A DNA stretch of 64,000 bases from Treponema sp. (GCA_024699235.1 JAILPY010000175.1:10873-74872), one strand, 5' to 3'; shown: positions 29,377 to 39,806, numbered from the stretch's first letter. Translations and numbers: made by a program. The notes: a model not told the origin generated them from the letters alone.

Positions 29377-29558
29377 TAGAAGGGTCTGTTTTTTATCATT
29401 ATAGTCTAAGTATAAAGGAGGCATTTTGTGGACGGCGGCAGTTATCCCAATTATTATCAACGCTTGTACATTTTGATATGTACAAATAAAATGCCTTCAG
29501 CATTAATTTTCTGAAAATACATGACTGTCGGCATAATCTTATATAACGGGATTTGATT

Positions 29559-30596
29559 ATGATTACATTCTGGCAGCAAGAACATGGTAGATTAATAGAA
29601 AAATATGAAGATGAGTTAAATCCGGCTCTAAATACATGGGTTGATGCTCGATGTGTGACAAGTGATGATGTAGATGACTTGCAGACAAAGTTTCATATTG
29701 ACCCTGAGAATATTCTTGATATTCTTGACCCAGATGAACTTTCACGTATAGAAAAAAATGACGGGGATGGCTATAACTATATCCTTACGATTTTAAGGCT
29801 TCCCGTATTTTCTCCAAGTGACGACATAAGTTATTTTTGTACGCCCTTGGGCATCATAATGACAGGCAAATTTTTTATAACTATCTGTTGGACTGACTGT
29901 GAAGTTCTGAAAGATTTTGCTGCAAACAGAATAAAAGAACTTTCTCTTAATGATTTTACTGCATTTACCATTCGATTTCTGTCTCGCTCTGATACAACTT
30001 TCCTCCGCTATCTGAAAGAACTTAACAGGCGCGCCGTTACAATACAGAACGAAATGTTCCGTTCTGTAGAAAATCAGGAATTCCTGCAGCTTTTAAACAT
30101 TCAAAAATCTCTTGTTTACTTTGAGACATCGCTTAAGAGCAATCAGTTGCTTCTGGAAAAGCTTAGGAAAACAAGAATTCTTAAGCTTGACGAAGAAGAT
30201 CAGGATTGGCTTGATGACGTTGACATCGATAACCGTCAGGCTATGGAAATGGCTGACACATACACAAACATCATGGCTCAGATGAATGATGCATGTGCTT
30301 CCCTTATATCAAATAATTTGAGCATTGTCATGAAACGCATGACTATCATTTCTATCGTCATAACCATTCCGACATTTATTACAAGCTTTTTTGGTATGAA
30401 TATTCCGTTGCCATGGATGCATTCCGGTTGGATTGGAATGACTTCCATTTCTTTAATCTGCGTTATACTTGCATTATTTGGATGGTTTGTCATTATGAAA
30501 ACATCAAAGTATGCAGATCCTATAGTAACATTAAGAAAAAGAAAGGCCCGCTCCAATAAGAAACAGGCCCGCAGAAAGCGTCGTAAGCAAAAATAA
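29559..30596 (+). CDS. corA: CorA-family magnesium transporter
   Basis: MITFW start; DPDELSRIE; TSFFGMN (GMN motif); two C-terminal TM helices. Confidence 0.9.
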   Translation: MITFWQQEHGRLIEKYEDELNPALNTWVDARCVTSDDVDDLQTKFHIDPENILDILDPDELSRIEKNDGDGYNYILTILRLPVFSPSDDISYFCTPLGIIMTGKFFITICWTDCEVLKDFAANRIKELSLNDFTAFTIRFLSRSDTTFLRYLKELNRRAVTIQNEMFRSVENQEFLQLLNIQKSLVYFETSLKSNQLLLEKLRKTRILKLDEEDQDWLDDVDIDNRQAMEMADTYTNIMAQMNDACASLISNNLSIVMKRMTIISIVITIPTFITSFFGMNIPLPWMHSGWIGMTSISLICVILALFGWFVIMKTSKYADPIVTLRKRKARSNKKQARRKRRKQK

Positions 30597-30624
30597 TTGT
30601 AAGTAATTTATAGGCTGTTTTAAT

Positions 30625-31302
30625 TCAGTCTATGTGTTCAAGAGATGTACTTACTATTTTGAATGCCCCTCCCTGCTTTGTTATTTCTAGCCAGGCATAG
30701 TTTCCTTCTAGTAAGGCTCCAGGATTTATTACTGTAGTATTGCCTATCTGGTCTATTCCTGCGCTTTCATGAATGTGTCCGGTAATGACGGCCAATGGCT
30801 TATATTTTTCTATAAATTCCCGTAATAGGGGACTTCCGACATGCATGCCATTTGAAATTGTGTCACATTTTGTATCTTTAGGAGGATTATGCATAAGTAC
30901 AATCAGGTTGTCCCATTCCTGTTCCCCCTGATTTTTTATAAGGTCTAGGTCAGAAACCAATTCTTCATCAGTGCGCTCAAAAGGCGTTGTTCCTGTGAAT
31001 TTGCTGCCTCCGCCGCTTCCTGTAAAAGAAAGTCCTTCGTAACTTGCAAGACTGTTTTGAACTGATATGTCTTTCTGCTCAATTTCTGAAATGAACGAAG
31101 GGTTATCACAGTTTCCAAGAACTGAAAAAATGGTGTCATGCTTAGAGCAGAGTTTTTCCAAAACTGGAAGGCCTGTCTCTTCATGTTCAAAACGGGCAAA
31201 GTCTCCTGCAAACAGAACGCCATCGGCCTTTTTAAAGCAGTCATCAAGCTTGTCAAGTCCTTCAAGGTTTCCGTGTATATCGCTTATTACTAAAAATTTC
31301 AT
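30625..31302 (-). CDS. Metallophosphoesterase (calcineurin-like)
   Basis: SDIHG, AGD, GNCD, HNPP, GHIHE motifs. Confidence 0.9.
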   Translation of the reverse strand: MKFLVISDIHGNLEGLDKLDDCFKKADGVLFAGDFARFEHEETGLPVLEKLCSKHDTIFSVLGNCDNPSFISEIEQKDISVQNSLASYEGLSFTGSGGGSKFTGTTPFERTDEELVSDLDLIKNQGEQEWDNLIVLMHNPPKDTKCDTISNGMHVGSPLLREFIEKYKPLAVITGHIHESAGIDQIGNTTVINPGALLEGNYAWLEITKQGGAFKIVSTSLEHID

Positions 31303-32450
31303 TATATAGCCTCCATTATTTTTTTGAGAGCTTCCATTTGTTCATGAGTACCTATGGTTATGCGTACAAAATCTTCTATGCCAGGGGTATTAAAATGACG
31401 GATAAGGATGCCTTCCTTTTTTACGGCTTCATATATGGCATTCCCGCTTATGCCGTCTTTTTTTGCAAAAACAAAATTTGTAGAGCTGTCAATTGCAAAC
31501 CATCCTTTTTTTCTTAGGAATGAAATAAAGCCTGTTCTTTCTTCAACAATTTTCTTTGCATTTTCGGCATAGTACCAGGCTGCCTTGCAGGATGCTTTAG
31601 CAGCTGTCTTTGCAAGAAAATCAACAGGGAAGTGGTTAAAAGAATTTTTTACAGTAAAGACAGCCTTTATAAGTTCAGGGGAAGATATTATGTATCCCAA
31701 TCTCATTCCTGCAAAGGACAGGCTTTTACTGAATGTACGTACAATAACAAGGTTTGAGAAGTCTTTTAAAAGAGGAATGCAGCTTTCGCTGCCAAAATCT
31801 GCATATGCTTCATCTACTACAACAATCCTGTCTTTAGGAGCTTTTCTGAGGATGTCTGCTACTTGGTTTCGGGTCAACTCAATTCCGGTAGGTGCATTTG
31901 GATTGGCGAATATAATGCTGCTGTCAGTTTTATCTGCTTCATTGAGCATTTTTTGAACGTCTAAAGTCCAGTCAGATTTTAAAGGAATTGGATTCATCGG
32001 GATATTGTAGTAACCGCAGTATACAGGATAAAAACTATATGTAAATTCTGGCAGTATAAGAGGCCTGTCGCTGTCAAAGAAAGTGTAGAACACAAAGCTA
32101 AGGACTTCATCGCTGCCATTACCGCAGAAAATCATGTCTTTTGTAATTTCGAAAGGCAGTTTGTTTTTATCAGATGGCTTACATGAAGTACCTGTTATGA
32201 CTGTATTTGAAAAAACCCCTCCAGTAGAGTTAAGCATGTCTGCAATTGACTGCCTTAAGTCTGTAACATCAGGGTCTGGATATAATCCTAGTTTTTCCCT
32301 GTGAGTCTCAGCCGCAGCTTTTACAGATTCGGCAACGCTGATATGTGGCGGATAAGGATTTTCATTTGCGTTTAGTTTTATATATTCTCTGTCTGTTGGC
32401 TGTTCCCCTGGAACATAGGGGTGAAGGTTCTTTAACCTCTGAGCAAGCAT
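31302..32450 (-). CDS. hisC: Histidinol-phosphate aminotransferase
   Basis: YVPGEQP, KLNANENPYP, GNGSDEVL, ANPNAPTG, VDEAY, RTFSKS…GMRLGY. Confidence 0.92.
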   Translation of the reverse strand: MLAQRLKNLHPYVPGEQPTDREYIKLNANENPYPPHISVAESVKAAAETHREKLGLYPDPDVTDLRQSIADMLNSTGGVFSNTVITGTSCKPSDKNKLPFEITKDMIFCGNGSDEVLSFVFYTFFDSDRPLILPEFTYSFYPVYCGYYNIPMNPIPLKSDWTLDVQKMLNEADKTDSSIIFANPNAPTGIELTRNQVADILRKAPKDRIVVVDEAYADFGSESCIPLLKDFSNLVIVRTFSKSLSFAGMRLGYIISSPELIKAVFTVKNSFNHFPVDFLAKTAAKASCKAAWYYAENAKKIVEERTGFISFLRKKGWFAIDSSTNFVFAKKDGISGNAIYEAVKKEGILIRHFNTPGIEDFVRITIGTHEQMEALKKIMEAI

Positions 32451-32532
32451 TTTTTACCTCCAGAATTTACATTTTATTGCATTAATTTTATTGAAAATAT
32501 TCTATAACTGCAATAGCTGGATGTGACTGCAT

Positions 32533-32574
32533 AAAAAAGGCCGTCCAAATGTTTAAAAACACTTTAAGACGGCC
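32533..32574 (-). terminator. Rho-independent terminator of the carboxyltransferase gene
   Basis: GGCCGTC/GACGGCC stem with inner pairing, followed by U6 on the minus strand. Confidence 0.75.
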
Positions 32575-32601
32575 GCTGTAAATATTGTAAGAATGTTACT
32601 C

Positions 32602-34101
32602 TTATAGAGGTATATTTCCGTGCTTCTTTGCAGGAGCAACATCCTGCTTTTTGTTTTCAAGGAACTCGAGGCTTCGTGCAACCCTTTCCCTTGTTTCCTG
32701 TGGCTCAATTATTTCGCTTATATAATCACGCTGTGCTGCAATGGTAGGAGTCATGATTGTTTCATGATATTCCTTAGACTTCATTGCTACAAATGCTGCC
32801 TGTGTAGGATCTTTCATTTCCTTTGCATAAAGAATTTCAAGAGCCCCTTCTGCACCCATAACAGCAATTTCGGCCTTTGGCCATGCATATACAAAATCTG
32901 CTCCCAAATGCTTTGAACACATTGCGATATATGCTCCACCGTAAGCTTTGCGTGTAATGACTGTAACTTTAGGTACAGTAGCTTCGCTGTAAGCATAGAT
33001 TACTTTTGCACCGTGACGGATGATGCCCTTCTGCTCTTCATCTGGTCCAGGCAGGAATCCAGGTACGTCAACAAATGTAACAAGCGGGATGTTGTAGCTG
33101 TCACAGTAACGTACAAAGCGTGCAATCTTATCTGAAGAATCGCAGTTAAGAAGTCCTCCCCAGACAGAAGGGTTGTTAGCAACGATACCTACAGACTTGC
33201 CTTCAATCTTTGCAAATCCGACGACAGCCATTTCTGCAAATTCCTTCATTACTTCAAAGAAAGAATTGTCATCTACCACACAGTCAATGACATCACGTAT
33301 GTCATATCCCTTTTTGCTTTCTTCCGGCAGGACAGAATTTATTTTCTTTGCCTTTTTGTGTGCATCAAATTTGTATTTTGCAGCAGCAACGATTTCTTCT
33401 CCGTAATAGTGGGGAATGTAATCTAAAAGCCTGCGAACGTTTTCGTAGCATTCTTTTTCAGTTTCATTACGGAAATGTGCTACGCCGCTTTTTTGAGCGT
33501 GAATGCTTGCTCCGCCCAAGTCTTCTGCAGAAATATCAAGGGAAAGGACGCTCTTGACAACTTTAGGTCCTGTGATGAACAGCTGGCTTATTTTATCAAC
33601 GGCAAAAATGAAATCTGTAATTCCTGGTGAGTATACGGCGCCTCCTGCACAAGGGCCTGCTATAATGCTTATCTGAGGAACAGTTCCACTGGCCCGTACA
33701 TTCTGGTAGAATAATTCTCCGTAACCGCACAGTGCGTCAACTCCTTCCTGAATGCGAGCTCCACCGGAATCATTGATTCCAATTATTGGACATCTTGATT
33801 CTATGGCTTTTTCCATCAATTCAGCAATTTTCTGACCATGTACCTTTCCAAGACTTCCGCCCTGTACTGTAAAATCCTGTGCATAGACAGCAACTTTCTT
33901 GCCATTTATTTTGCCAAATCCAGTAATAACTCCATCGTAAGGAATTTCCTTTGAATCCATTCCAAAACTTGTGCACTGATGGTGTGCAGAGGAGTATATT
34001 TCGTAAAAACTTTCTTTGTCGCAGAGGGCTTTTATACGTTCAATAGCATGAAGTTTACCCTTTGCGTGTTGTTTTTCAAGATTGTATGTGTACTTTGCCA
34101 T
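32602..34101 (-). CDS. Acyl-CoA carboxylase/decarboxylase carboxyltransferase subunit (PccB/MmdA-like)
   Basis: QDFTVQGGSLG, DSGGARIQEG, GPCAGGAVYSP, VDVPGFLPG, RKAYGGAY, KKHGNIPL. Confidence 0.92.
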   Translation of the reverse strand: MAKYTYNLEKQHAKGKLHAIERIKALCDKESFYEIYSSAHHQCTSFGMDSKEIPYDGVITGFGKINGKKVAVYAQDFTVQGGSLGKVHGQKIAELMEKAIESRCPIIGINDSGGARIQEGVDALCGYGELFYQNVRASGTVPQISIIAGPCAGGAVYSPGITDFIFAVDKISQLFITGPKVVKSVLSLDISAEDLGGASIHAQKSGVAHFRNETEKECYENVRRLLDYIPHYYGEEIVAAAKYKFDAHKKAKKINSVLPEESKKGYDIRDVIDCVVDDNSFFEVMKEFAEMAVVGFAKIEGKSVGIVANNPSVWGGLLNCDSSDKIARFVRYCDSYNIPLVTFVDVPGFLPGPDEEQKGIIRHGAKVIYAYSEATVPKVTVITRKAYGGAYIAMCSKHLGADFVYAWPKAEIAVMGAEGALEILYAKEMKDPTQAAFVAMKSKEYHETIMTPTIAAQRDYISEIIEPQETRERVARSLEFLENKKQDVAPAKKHGNIPL

Positions 34102-34110
34102 ATAACTTGG

Positions 34111-34139
34111 ATTGTAACAACATTCGCTTTTATAGTCAA
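34111..34139 (-). promoter_or_regulatory. Promoter of the carboxyltransferase gene (near-leaderless)
   Basis: TTGACT-17-TACAAT with TGn, 9 nt before the ATG, no Shine-Dalgarno. Confidence 0.7.
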
Positions 34140-34161
34140 TATGACAAAATTTGTATATTTG

Positions 34162-35829
34162 TCAGTTAAAACTGTCGTTCTGAGCCTTTATTTTGTTATC
34201 TGCCTCAAGGAGTTCTGAATTTGTTGGAATCCAAGCATATTTTTTTCTTAGTTCCTTTGCAGCTTTAAGGATGTCGCTTCCTTCAGCGTTCATGGCATTT
34301 TTGTACTCTTCAACGAATGCCTTGTAATCAATTTTATTAGACTTGACTGTATTCTGCAGGATATTAGTAATAATCCATCTATCATTAAGGAATGTAAGTG
34401 TTATGCGGTCTTCTTTTTCTTCTGCAAAAAGGGATCCGTCACCTTCATTGTATGCAAGGTAATATGATACTGTCAGATTTTGAGTATCTTTGTTTTTTAT
34501 GTCAGGATTTTCTTCTGTAATTGATTTTGGAAAGCTGTTCCTAGTCGGAGCAGTATAAAACAGGCTTCCTTTTTCTGTTCCGATTGAAAACTGTGTCAGT
34601 CCATACATTGTATAGCTGCCATCATAATTAAACTGAAACCACTCTGCTGGAGAAACTGTCTTTTCTTTGAAATTGTAGGCGCTTCTAGTCTTTGAAGCTA
34701 CATATATAGTACTCAGCATGTCTACCAGATTATCTGCGCTTTTGCATTTTGCACAGGACTTAACGCTGGCAGTGTCTGTATTGTTTACAGCACTATAAAA
34801 CATTTCTACGGTTTCAAAAGATGTTAGTCCTTTTGTTGTGGGCTGCTGCATCATGCTTTGTACTATTGTTCCGACAATGGCAAGGACTGCAGCAAGCGCT
34901 ATTGCAAAAATTCCTATTCCGGTTTTATTATGCCGCATCCATCTCTTTATTTTTAACTTTTTTTGAAATAGCTTTTGCTTTTTCCTTACATCTTCTTCAA
35001 ATTTTTCATTTGAAATATTTGTTTTTCTTATTACTTCTGCAGGGTGTCCTTCAGGAGTTATTCCAAGTTCCTTGTATAAATCATCTATAGGAAAAGGCCT
35101 GTCGGAATTATATTTTTCAGATGAACCCCGCTTTTCTGAAGGCTCTGCCTGGAGGGCTCTGTCAACGGCCTGCGCAAGTTTTTGATTAAGTGACCATACT
35201 TTCTGAGATACTGGAATATAGTTATGATCCTTATAATCTTCTTCCCTCAGTTCTTCGTCCTGCTGTGTAAACGGCAGGTTTCCAGTCAGTACCTTGTAAG
35301 TAATTGCAGCCTGGGTAAACCTTAAGGCTGCAGCCTTCTTTAAATTCTTGTTTATGTACATTCCCTCTGAAAGAGCATAGACTTCAGTTCCTGCACATTG
35401 AGATGCCGTTTCATATAAGCCAAAAGGAATGAATATGATTCTTTCGAATTCTGATGAAATTATAATTCCACCGGCTCCGATTGCGTATAATGGTACATTC
35501 TGCTCTATGGCACTTTCTATGGCACTGCACACAAGAGTGCTTGCGAAATACTGGCGCGTATTATCTTGCGTTTCAAAAAAATCTAGCAGCGTAAGTCCGC
35601 TGAATCCAGAGCCTTCAAGTAACACAGAGTCCTGTTCCGAACCTTCTTCTTTTAGTTTGCTTCCTGTAAAGAACCAGTTCGAAAAAGACCATCCGTTCTC
35701 ATTCTTTGTAGCTATGAAGCCATTTTCGGTAAGACGCAAAGAAAGCCTGGATTTGGAAAAGGCACTCTGTGTCATGCATGTATCTAGATATATGTTGCCG
35801 CTCTTTGAAAATACCAGCTTTCTTTCCAT
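34162..35829 (-). CDS. Hypothetical single-pass membrane protein with a kinase-like remnant
   Basis: TM helix around GIGIFAIALAAVLAIVG; YKVLTGNLPF resembles kinase subdomain IX; 6 bp downstream of hflC. Confidence 0.7.
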   Translation of the reverse strand: MERKLVFSKSGNIYLDTCMTQSAFSKSRLSLRLTENGFIATKNENGWSFSNWFFTGSKLKEEGSEQDSVLLEGSGFSGLTLLDFFETQDNTRQYFASTLVCSAIESAIEQNVPLYAIGAGGIIISSEFERIIFIPFGLYETASQCAGTEVYALSEGMYINKNLKKAAALRFTQAAITYKVLTGNLPFTQQDEELREEDYKDHNYIPVSQKVWSLNQKLAQAVDRALQAEPSEKRGSSEKYNSDRPFPIDDLYKELGITPEGHPAEVIRKTNISNEKFEEDVRKKQKLFQKKLKIKRWMRHNKTGIGIFAIALAAVLAIVGTIVQSMMQQPTTKGLTSFETVEMFYSAVNNTDTASVKSCAKCKSADNLVDMLSTIYVASKTRSAYNFKEKTVSPAEWFQFNYDGSYTMYGLTQFSIGTEKGSLFYTAPTRNSFPKSITEENPDIKNKDTQNLTVSYYLAYNEGDGSLFAEEKEDRITLTFLNDRWIITNILQNTVKSNKIDYKAFVEEYKNAMNAEGSDILKAAKELRKKYAWIPTNSELLEADNKIKAQNDSFN

Positions 35830-35835
35830 TTGTTT

Positions 35836-36837
35836 TTACCGTCTCCCGTTTGAATTATAAAGATACTTAAAGTAATCCATGTTTGTGCTGAATGTAGGGT
35901 CAAAGGAATCCATTGTCTGCTTGTAAGATTCCAAGCTTTTCCAAAATTCATAGAATGAAGGATCCTGACTGTAGGCTGCGTTGTAAATGGCTGCTGCTTC
36001 TGCATCAGCCTTACCTTTTGTTTCCTCACTTATGCGGTAAGCTTCACTTTGGATTGTTCTCTTTTCATTTTCAAGCTTACCTAGCCATTCTGCCTTTTTA
36101 CCTTCTCCAAGGGAACGGTAGGCCTGTGCAACCTGATTCCTTTCCTTTATCATGCGATTGTAAACGCTTTCTGTAAGTTCATCGGAATATTTTATCTGGC
36201 GCGGTACTATGTCTATCAATTCAATGCCATATTCAGCAACCATTTTCCGTGCCTCTGCTACCATTTCTTCACACAGATGGCTTCTTCCTTTTAAGACTAT
36301 TTCATTCTGAGAATTTACGTTTACCAGAGATTCAATTTCTGCAGTTTCATTTTCATCCATTCCTTCCAGCTGAGCGGTCTCGTTTTCTGAAGAACGGTCG
36401 TTTATAATGTTTGAACTGCGGACAATTTCGCTTAAACGGTTTCTGGTAATTATTGTCCTTGTTGAAGAATCTATTATGTCGCTTAACTTTGAATAAGACC
36501 CGCTGACTGTTTTAAAAGACTGATAAAAAAGGGCAGGGTCTTTTATTCTCCATCGGCTGGTTGTATCTACGATTATAAACTGGTTTTCCTTTGTAGGAAT
36601 GCGTTCGCTGTCTCCGTCAAGGGACAGGGTTCTGCTTGGATATGTAGTGACTATATCAATAAATGGAATGCGGATGTATAGGCCTGCTTGAGTCCTTGTT
36701 TCTACAATCTGGCCAAATCTTGTAACTACAGCCTGATTTCCTTCGTTGATAATGTACAGGGGACCGGCTGAAAGGAATGCAATAAGACATATTGCAATTA
36801 TAAAAAGCGATATGTAAAAATTTTTCTTAGTTTTCAT
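35836..36837 (-). CDS. hflC: Protease modulator HflC
   Basis: QAVVTRFG, IPTKENQFIIVD, FYEFWKSLESY; start moved to ATG 36837 (GGAG Shine-Dalgarno). Confidence 0.92.
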   Translation of the reverse strand: MKTKKNFYISLFIIAICLIAFLSAGPLYIINEGNQAVVTRFGQIVETRTQAGLYIRIPFIDIVTTYPSRTLSLDGDSERIPTKENQFIIVDTTSRWRIKDPALFYQSFKTVSGSYSKLSDIIDSSTRTIITRNRLSEIVRSSNIINDRSSENETAQLEGMDENETAEIESLVNVNSQNEIVLKGRSHLCEEMVAEARKMVAEYGIELIDIVPRQIKYSDELTESVYNRMIKERNQVAQAYRSLGEGKKAEWLGKLENEKRTIQSEAYRISEETKGKADAEAAAIYNAAYSQDPSFYEFWKSLESYKQTMDSFDPTFSTNMDYFKYLYNSNGRR

Positions 36838-36859
36838 GAATGTATCTCCCGTCTCACTG

Positions 36860-37843
36860 TCAGTTGCTTTTTGAAGTTCCATTTAAATCTTTGAATGGAA
36901 GCACATTTTTCATAGTTCCGTCTATTAAAGCCGGAGTTCTGTTATTTGTTTCGTATGCCTGGAAAATTTCTTCCATGGCTTCAAGATAAAGTCGTTCTTT
37001 AGTGATGTCAGGTGCTTTTTTGTATTCTGAATATACAGAATTGAAGCGGGCTACATCACCTTTTGCTTTGTTTATTCTTTCTGCAGCATATCCCTGTGAA
37101 ATCTGAATCTGCTGGTCAGCCTGTCCCTGTGTCTTAGGAATTTCAGAATTATAGCTTTCTTTTCCTTCGTTAATGAATCTATTCATATCCTGAATGGCTT
37201 TGTTAACGTCTTCAAATGCATCCTGAACTCCAGCTGGAGGTACTATATTCTGAAGTTTTACAGTGCTTACGTTTATGCCAAGCTCAAGTTTTTTAAATTG
37301 ATCATTCATCATTGAAATTGCAAGGTTTTCAATGTTGGCACGTTCACTTCCCATTATATTCAGGATGGCACGGTCTCCTACAAGTTCATTTATTACAGAA
37401 CGGCTTATGTCCCGTATTGTTCGCTCTTTGTCCTGAACTGAGAAAAGCCACTGCCGAGGGTCGACAATTCTGTACTGAATTATCCATTCTACATCAACTA
37501 TGTTTAGGTCTCCTGTCAGCATTGTTGATTCTGTTGTAATATTGTTTTGATATTGTGAAGAAACATCTGACCTTGTAGTCTTGAAGCCAAACTGCTCTGT
37601 CTGTACTACTTTGTTTCCTGGAACTATATATTTTTTATCAATGCCAAACGGTAATTTTACCTGAAGTCCAGGGCCTAAAGTTTTATAGTATCTTCCAAAC
37701 CTTGTTATGACAGCCTGTTCTGCCTGATCAACAACAAACATGCTGGAAAAAAATGTTCCTGCAACAATAGCAGCAATTAAAAGTGCTATTATGGAAGAAG
37801 GTTTTAATGCAGTTTGCATAACCTTTTTTGTAGAATTGGACAT
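36860..37843 (-). CDS. hflK: FtsH protease activity modulator HflK
   Basis: MLTGDLNIVDVEW, VQDAFEDVNKA, AKGDVARF, KERLYLE. Confidence 0.92.
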   Translation of the reverse strand: MSNSTKKVMQTALKPSSIIALLIAAIVAGTFFSSMFVVDQAEQAVITRFGRYYKTLGPGLQVKLPFGIDKKYIVPGNKVVQTEQFGFKTTRSDVSSQYQNNITTESTMLTGDLNIVDVEWIIQYRIVDPRQWLFSVQDKERTIRDISRSVINELVGDRAILNIMGSERANIENLAISMMNDQFKKLELGINVSTVKLQNIVPPAGVQDAFEDVNKAIQDMNRFINEGKESYNSEIPKTQGQADQQIQISQGYAAERINKAKGDVARFNSVYSEYKKAPDITKERLYLEAMEEIFQAYETNNRTPALIDGTMKNVLPFKDLNGTSKSN

Positions 37844-37880
37844 ATAATGACCTCCTTATATTAGGATAATATACTGACTG

Positions 37881-39806
37881 TTAGGATAATTCAGCAAGTA
37901 TTTCCCATCTTTCATAATCAGATTCCAGTTTTTTGCTTATATTCTTGTATTCATTTCCTGCTGCCGCTGCTTTTTCATAATCGCTGCTGCCCATATCTTC
38001 TTCCAGGACAGATTTTTTCTGTTCAAGCTCCTCAATTTCAACTTCAAGGGCTTCAAATTCTTTCTGCTCTTTGTAAGTTCTCTTACGGGGCTTATTATCA
38101 TTGCGGCTTGCATTCTGTTCAGAAATCTCCTTTTGCTTTTCTGCTTTTGCTGCGCTTTCTTCAGCTTCCTTTTCTGCAATCCTCATTTTACGGTATTCAA
38201 TGTATTCAGAGCATTTGCCTACATACCCTGAGACGCTTCCGTCATCTTCAAGAATAAAAAGCGTATCTGCAACTTTATCCATAAAATAACGGTCGTGGCT
38301 TACAATTAAAAGGCATCCTTTAAATCCCATGAGGAACTGCTCAAGGATATTCATTGTAAAAATGTCAAAGTCATTTGTAGGCTCATCAAGAATCAAGAAG
38401 TTTGGGTTGCTTAGCAAAAGCCTCACCAAAAACAGACGCTTGCGTTCTCCTCCGCTAAGGCTGCTTAAGGGCGAGTACTGTATCTTCCCTTCAAAGCCAA
38501 ACTGTTCCAGGAAGAGAGTAGCGCTCAATGTTGTTCCGTCATTCATCTGCATCACTTCTGCCGCTTCCTTTACATATTCCAGGACAGTCTGATTTAAATC
38601 TTTAAATGCTGGGTTTTGCTGGTAATAGGCAATGGATGTATTCTGGCCCATTACGATAGAGCCTTCGTCTGGCTGCATAGACTGGGTAATAATGTTTAGC
38701 AGTGTTGATTTGCCGCTTCCATTATCCCCGAAAATTCCAATCTTTTCGCCCTTATTAAATGTATAGCTGAAATTTTTCAGTACTGGAAAGCTTTTCCCGT
38801 CAGCCTGTTCGGCATATCCTTTTTGAAAATTTTTTGTGATTCCGTGCAGTTCAAGAATCTTTCCACCCAGCCTTCTTCCTTCTACTTCAAAAGTAAAGCC
38901 TTTGTCTGCCTGGAATTTTTCCCTGTTAATAAGGGCCATGTCATGCTGTATGCGGGCTTTTGCCTTAGTTCCTCGTGCACAAGGTCCCCTCATAAGCCAG
39001 TCTCGTTCTACGCGAAGCACTGATTCTATCCTTCGTTCTGTATTTGCTTCTATTTCCGCTTCTGTTTCTTTCTTTTCCAGATAGAGTGAATAGTTTCCTA
39101 TATAGAGCTTTACTTTGTTTCGGGCAAGTTCATATATATGATTGCATACAGCATCTAGAAAGTATCGGTCATGAGTGACCATTAAAACTGCTCTCTTTGT
39201 TTCTGCAAGATAATCTTGAAGCCAGCTTATTGTTGTTATGTCCAGATGGTTTGTTGGCTCATCCATGAGCAAAAGCTTTGTATCTTCTACAAGAACCTGT
39301 GCCAAAGCAACCTTTTTTATCATTCCTCCGGAAAGTTCACCCATAGTTCTGTTCATGTCCCGAATGCCCAGGACTGTAAGGATGGATTTTACCTGTGCCT
39401 CATAATTCCATAAGTCCCCATTTTCCATTTTAATGGTCAGGGCATCGAACTGCTTTTGCAGGGCATCATTTATGCCTTGTTCCATTTGAGAGCAGACTTC
39501 TTCATATTGTCTGATAATTTCAAGTTTTGGAGATTTTGATTTGAATATATGAGCTTTTATAGTGTCGTCTCTGTTATACTGTGGATTCTGAGGAAGATAA
39601 GAAACTCCTGAACTTTTGTTTATGACTACAGTACCGTCATCTGGCTGCAGGACTCCTGCTATTGTATTCAGCAGCGTAGACTTTCCTGTTCCGTTTCGTC
39701 CTATAAGGGCAACCTTGTTACCTTCGTCAATGCCAAATGTTACGCCGGTAAAAAGAGGCTGTTCCCTTCCTATTTTTGTCAAATTATTTACAGATAACAA
39801 ATTCAT
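37881..39806 (-). CDS. ABC-F family ATP-binding protein (Uup-like)
   Basis: Two NBDs (GRNGTGKS/LSGG/DEPTNHLD and GDNGSGKS/LSGGE/DEPTND), no TM segments, C-terminal coiled coil. Confidence 0.92.
   Translation of the reverse strand: MNLLSVNNLTKIGREQPLFTGVTFGIDEGNKVALIGRNGTGKSTLLNTIAGVLQPDDGTVVINKSSGVSYLPQNPQYNRDDTIKAHIFKSKSPKLEIIRQYEEVCSQMEQGINDALQKQFDALTIKMENGDLWNYEAQVKSILTVLGIRDMNRTMGELSGGMIKKVALAQVLVEDTKLLLMDEPTNHLDITTISWLQDYLAETKRAVLMVTHDRYFLDAVCNHIYELARNKVKLYIGNYSLYLEKKETEAEIEANTERRIESVLRVERDWLMRGPCARGTKAKARIQHDMALINREKFQADKGFTFEVEGRRLGGKILELHGITKNFQKGYAEQADGKSFPVLKNFSYTFNKGEKIGIFGDNGSGKSTLLNIITQSMQPDEGSIVMGQNTSIAYYQQNPAFKDLNQTVLEYVKEAAEVMQMNDGTTLSATLFLEQFGFEGKIQYSPLSSLSGGERKRLFLVRLLLSNPNFLILDEPTNDFDIFTMNILEQFLMGFKGCLLIVSHDRYFMDKVADTLFILEDDGSVSGYVGKCSEYIEYRKMRIAEKEAEESAAKAEKQKEISEQNASRNDNKPRKRTYKEQKEFEALEVEIEELEQKKSVLEEDMGSSDYEKAAAAGNEYKNISKKLESDYERWEILAELS

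Noticed and set aside
29380-29558. M-box (ykoK) riboswitch before corA
   Set aside because: No recognisable conserved M-box sequence core; kept only as a uORF candidate.
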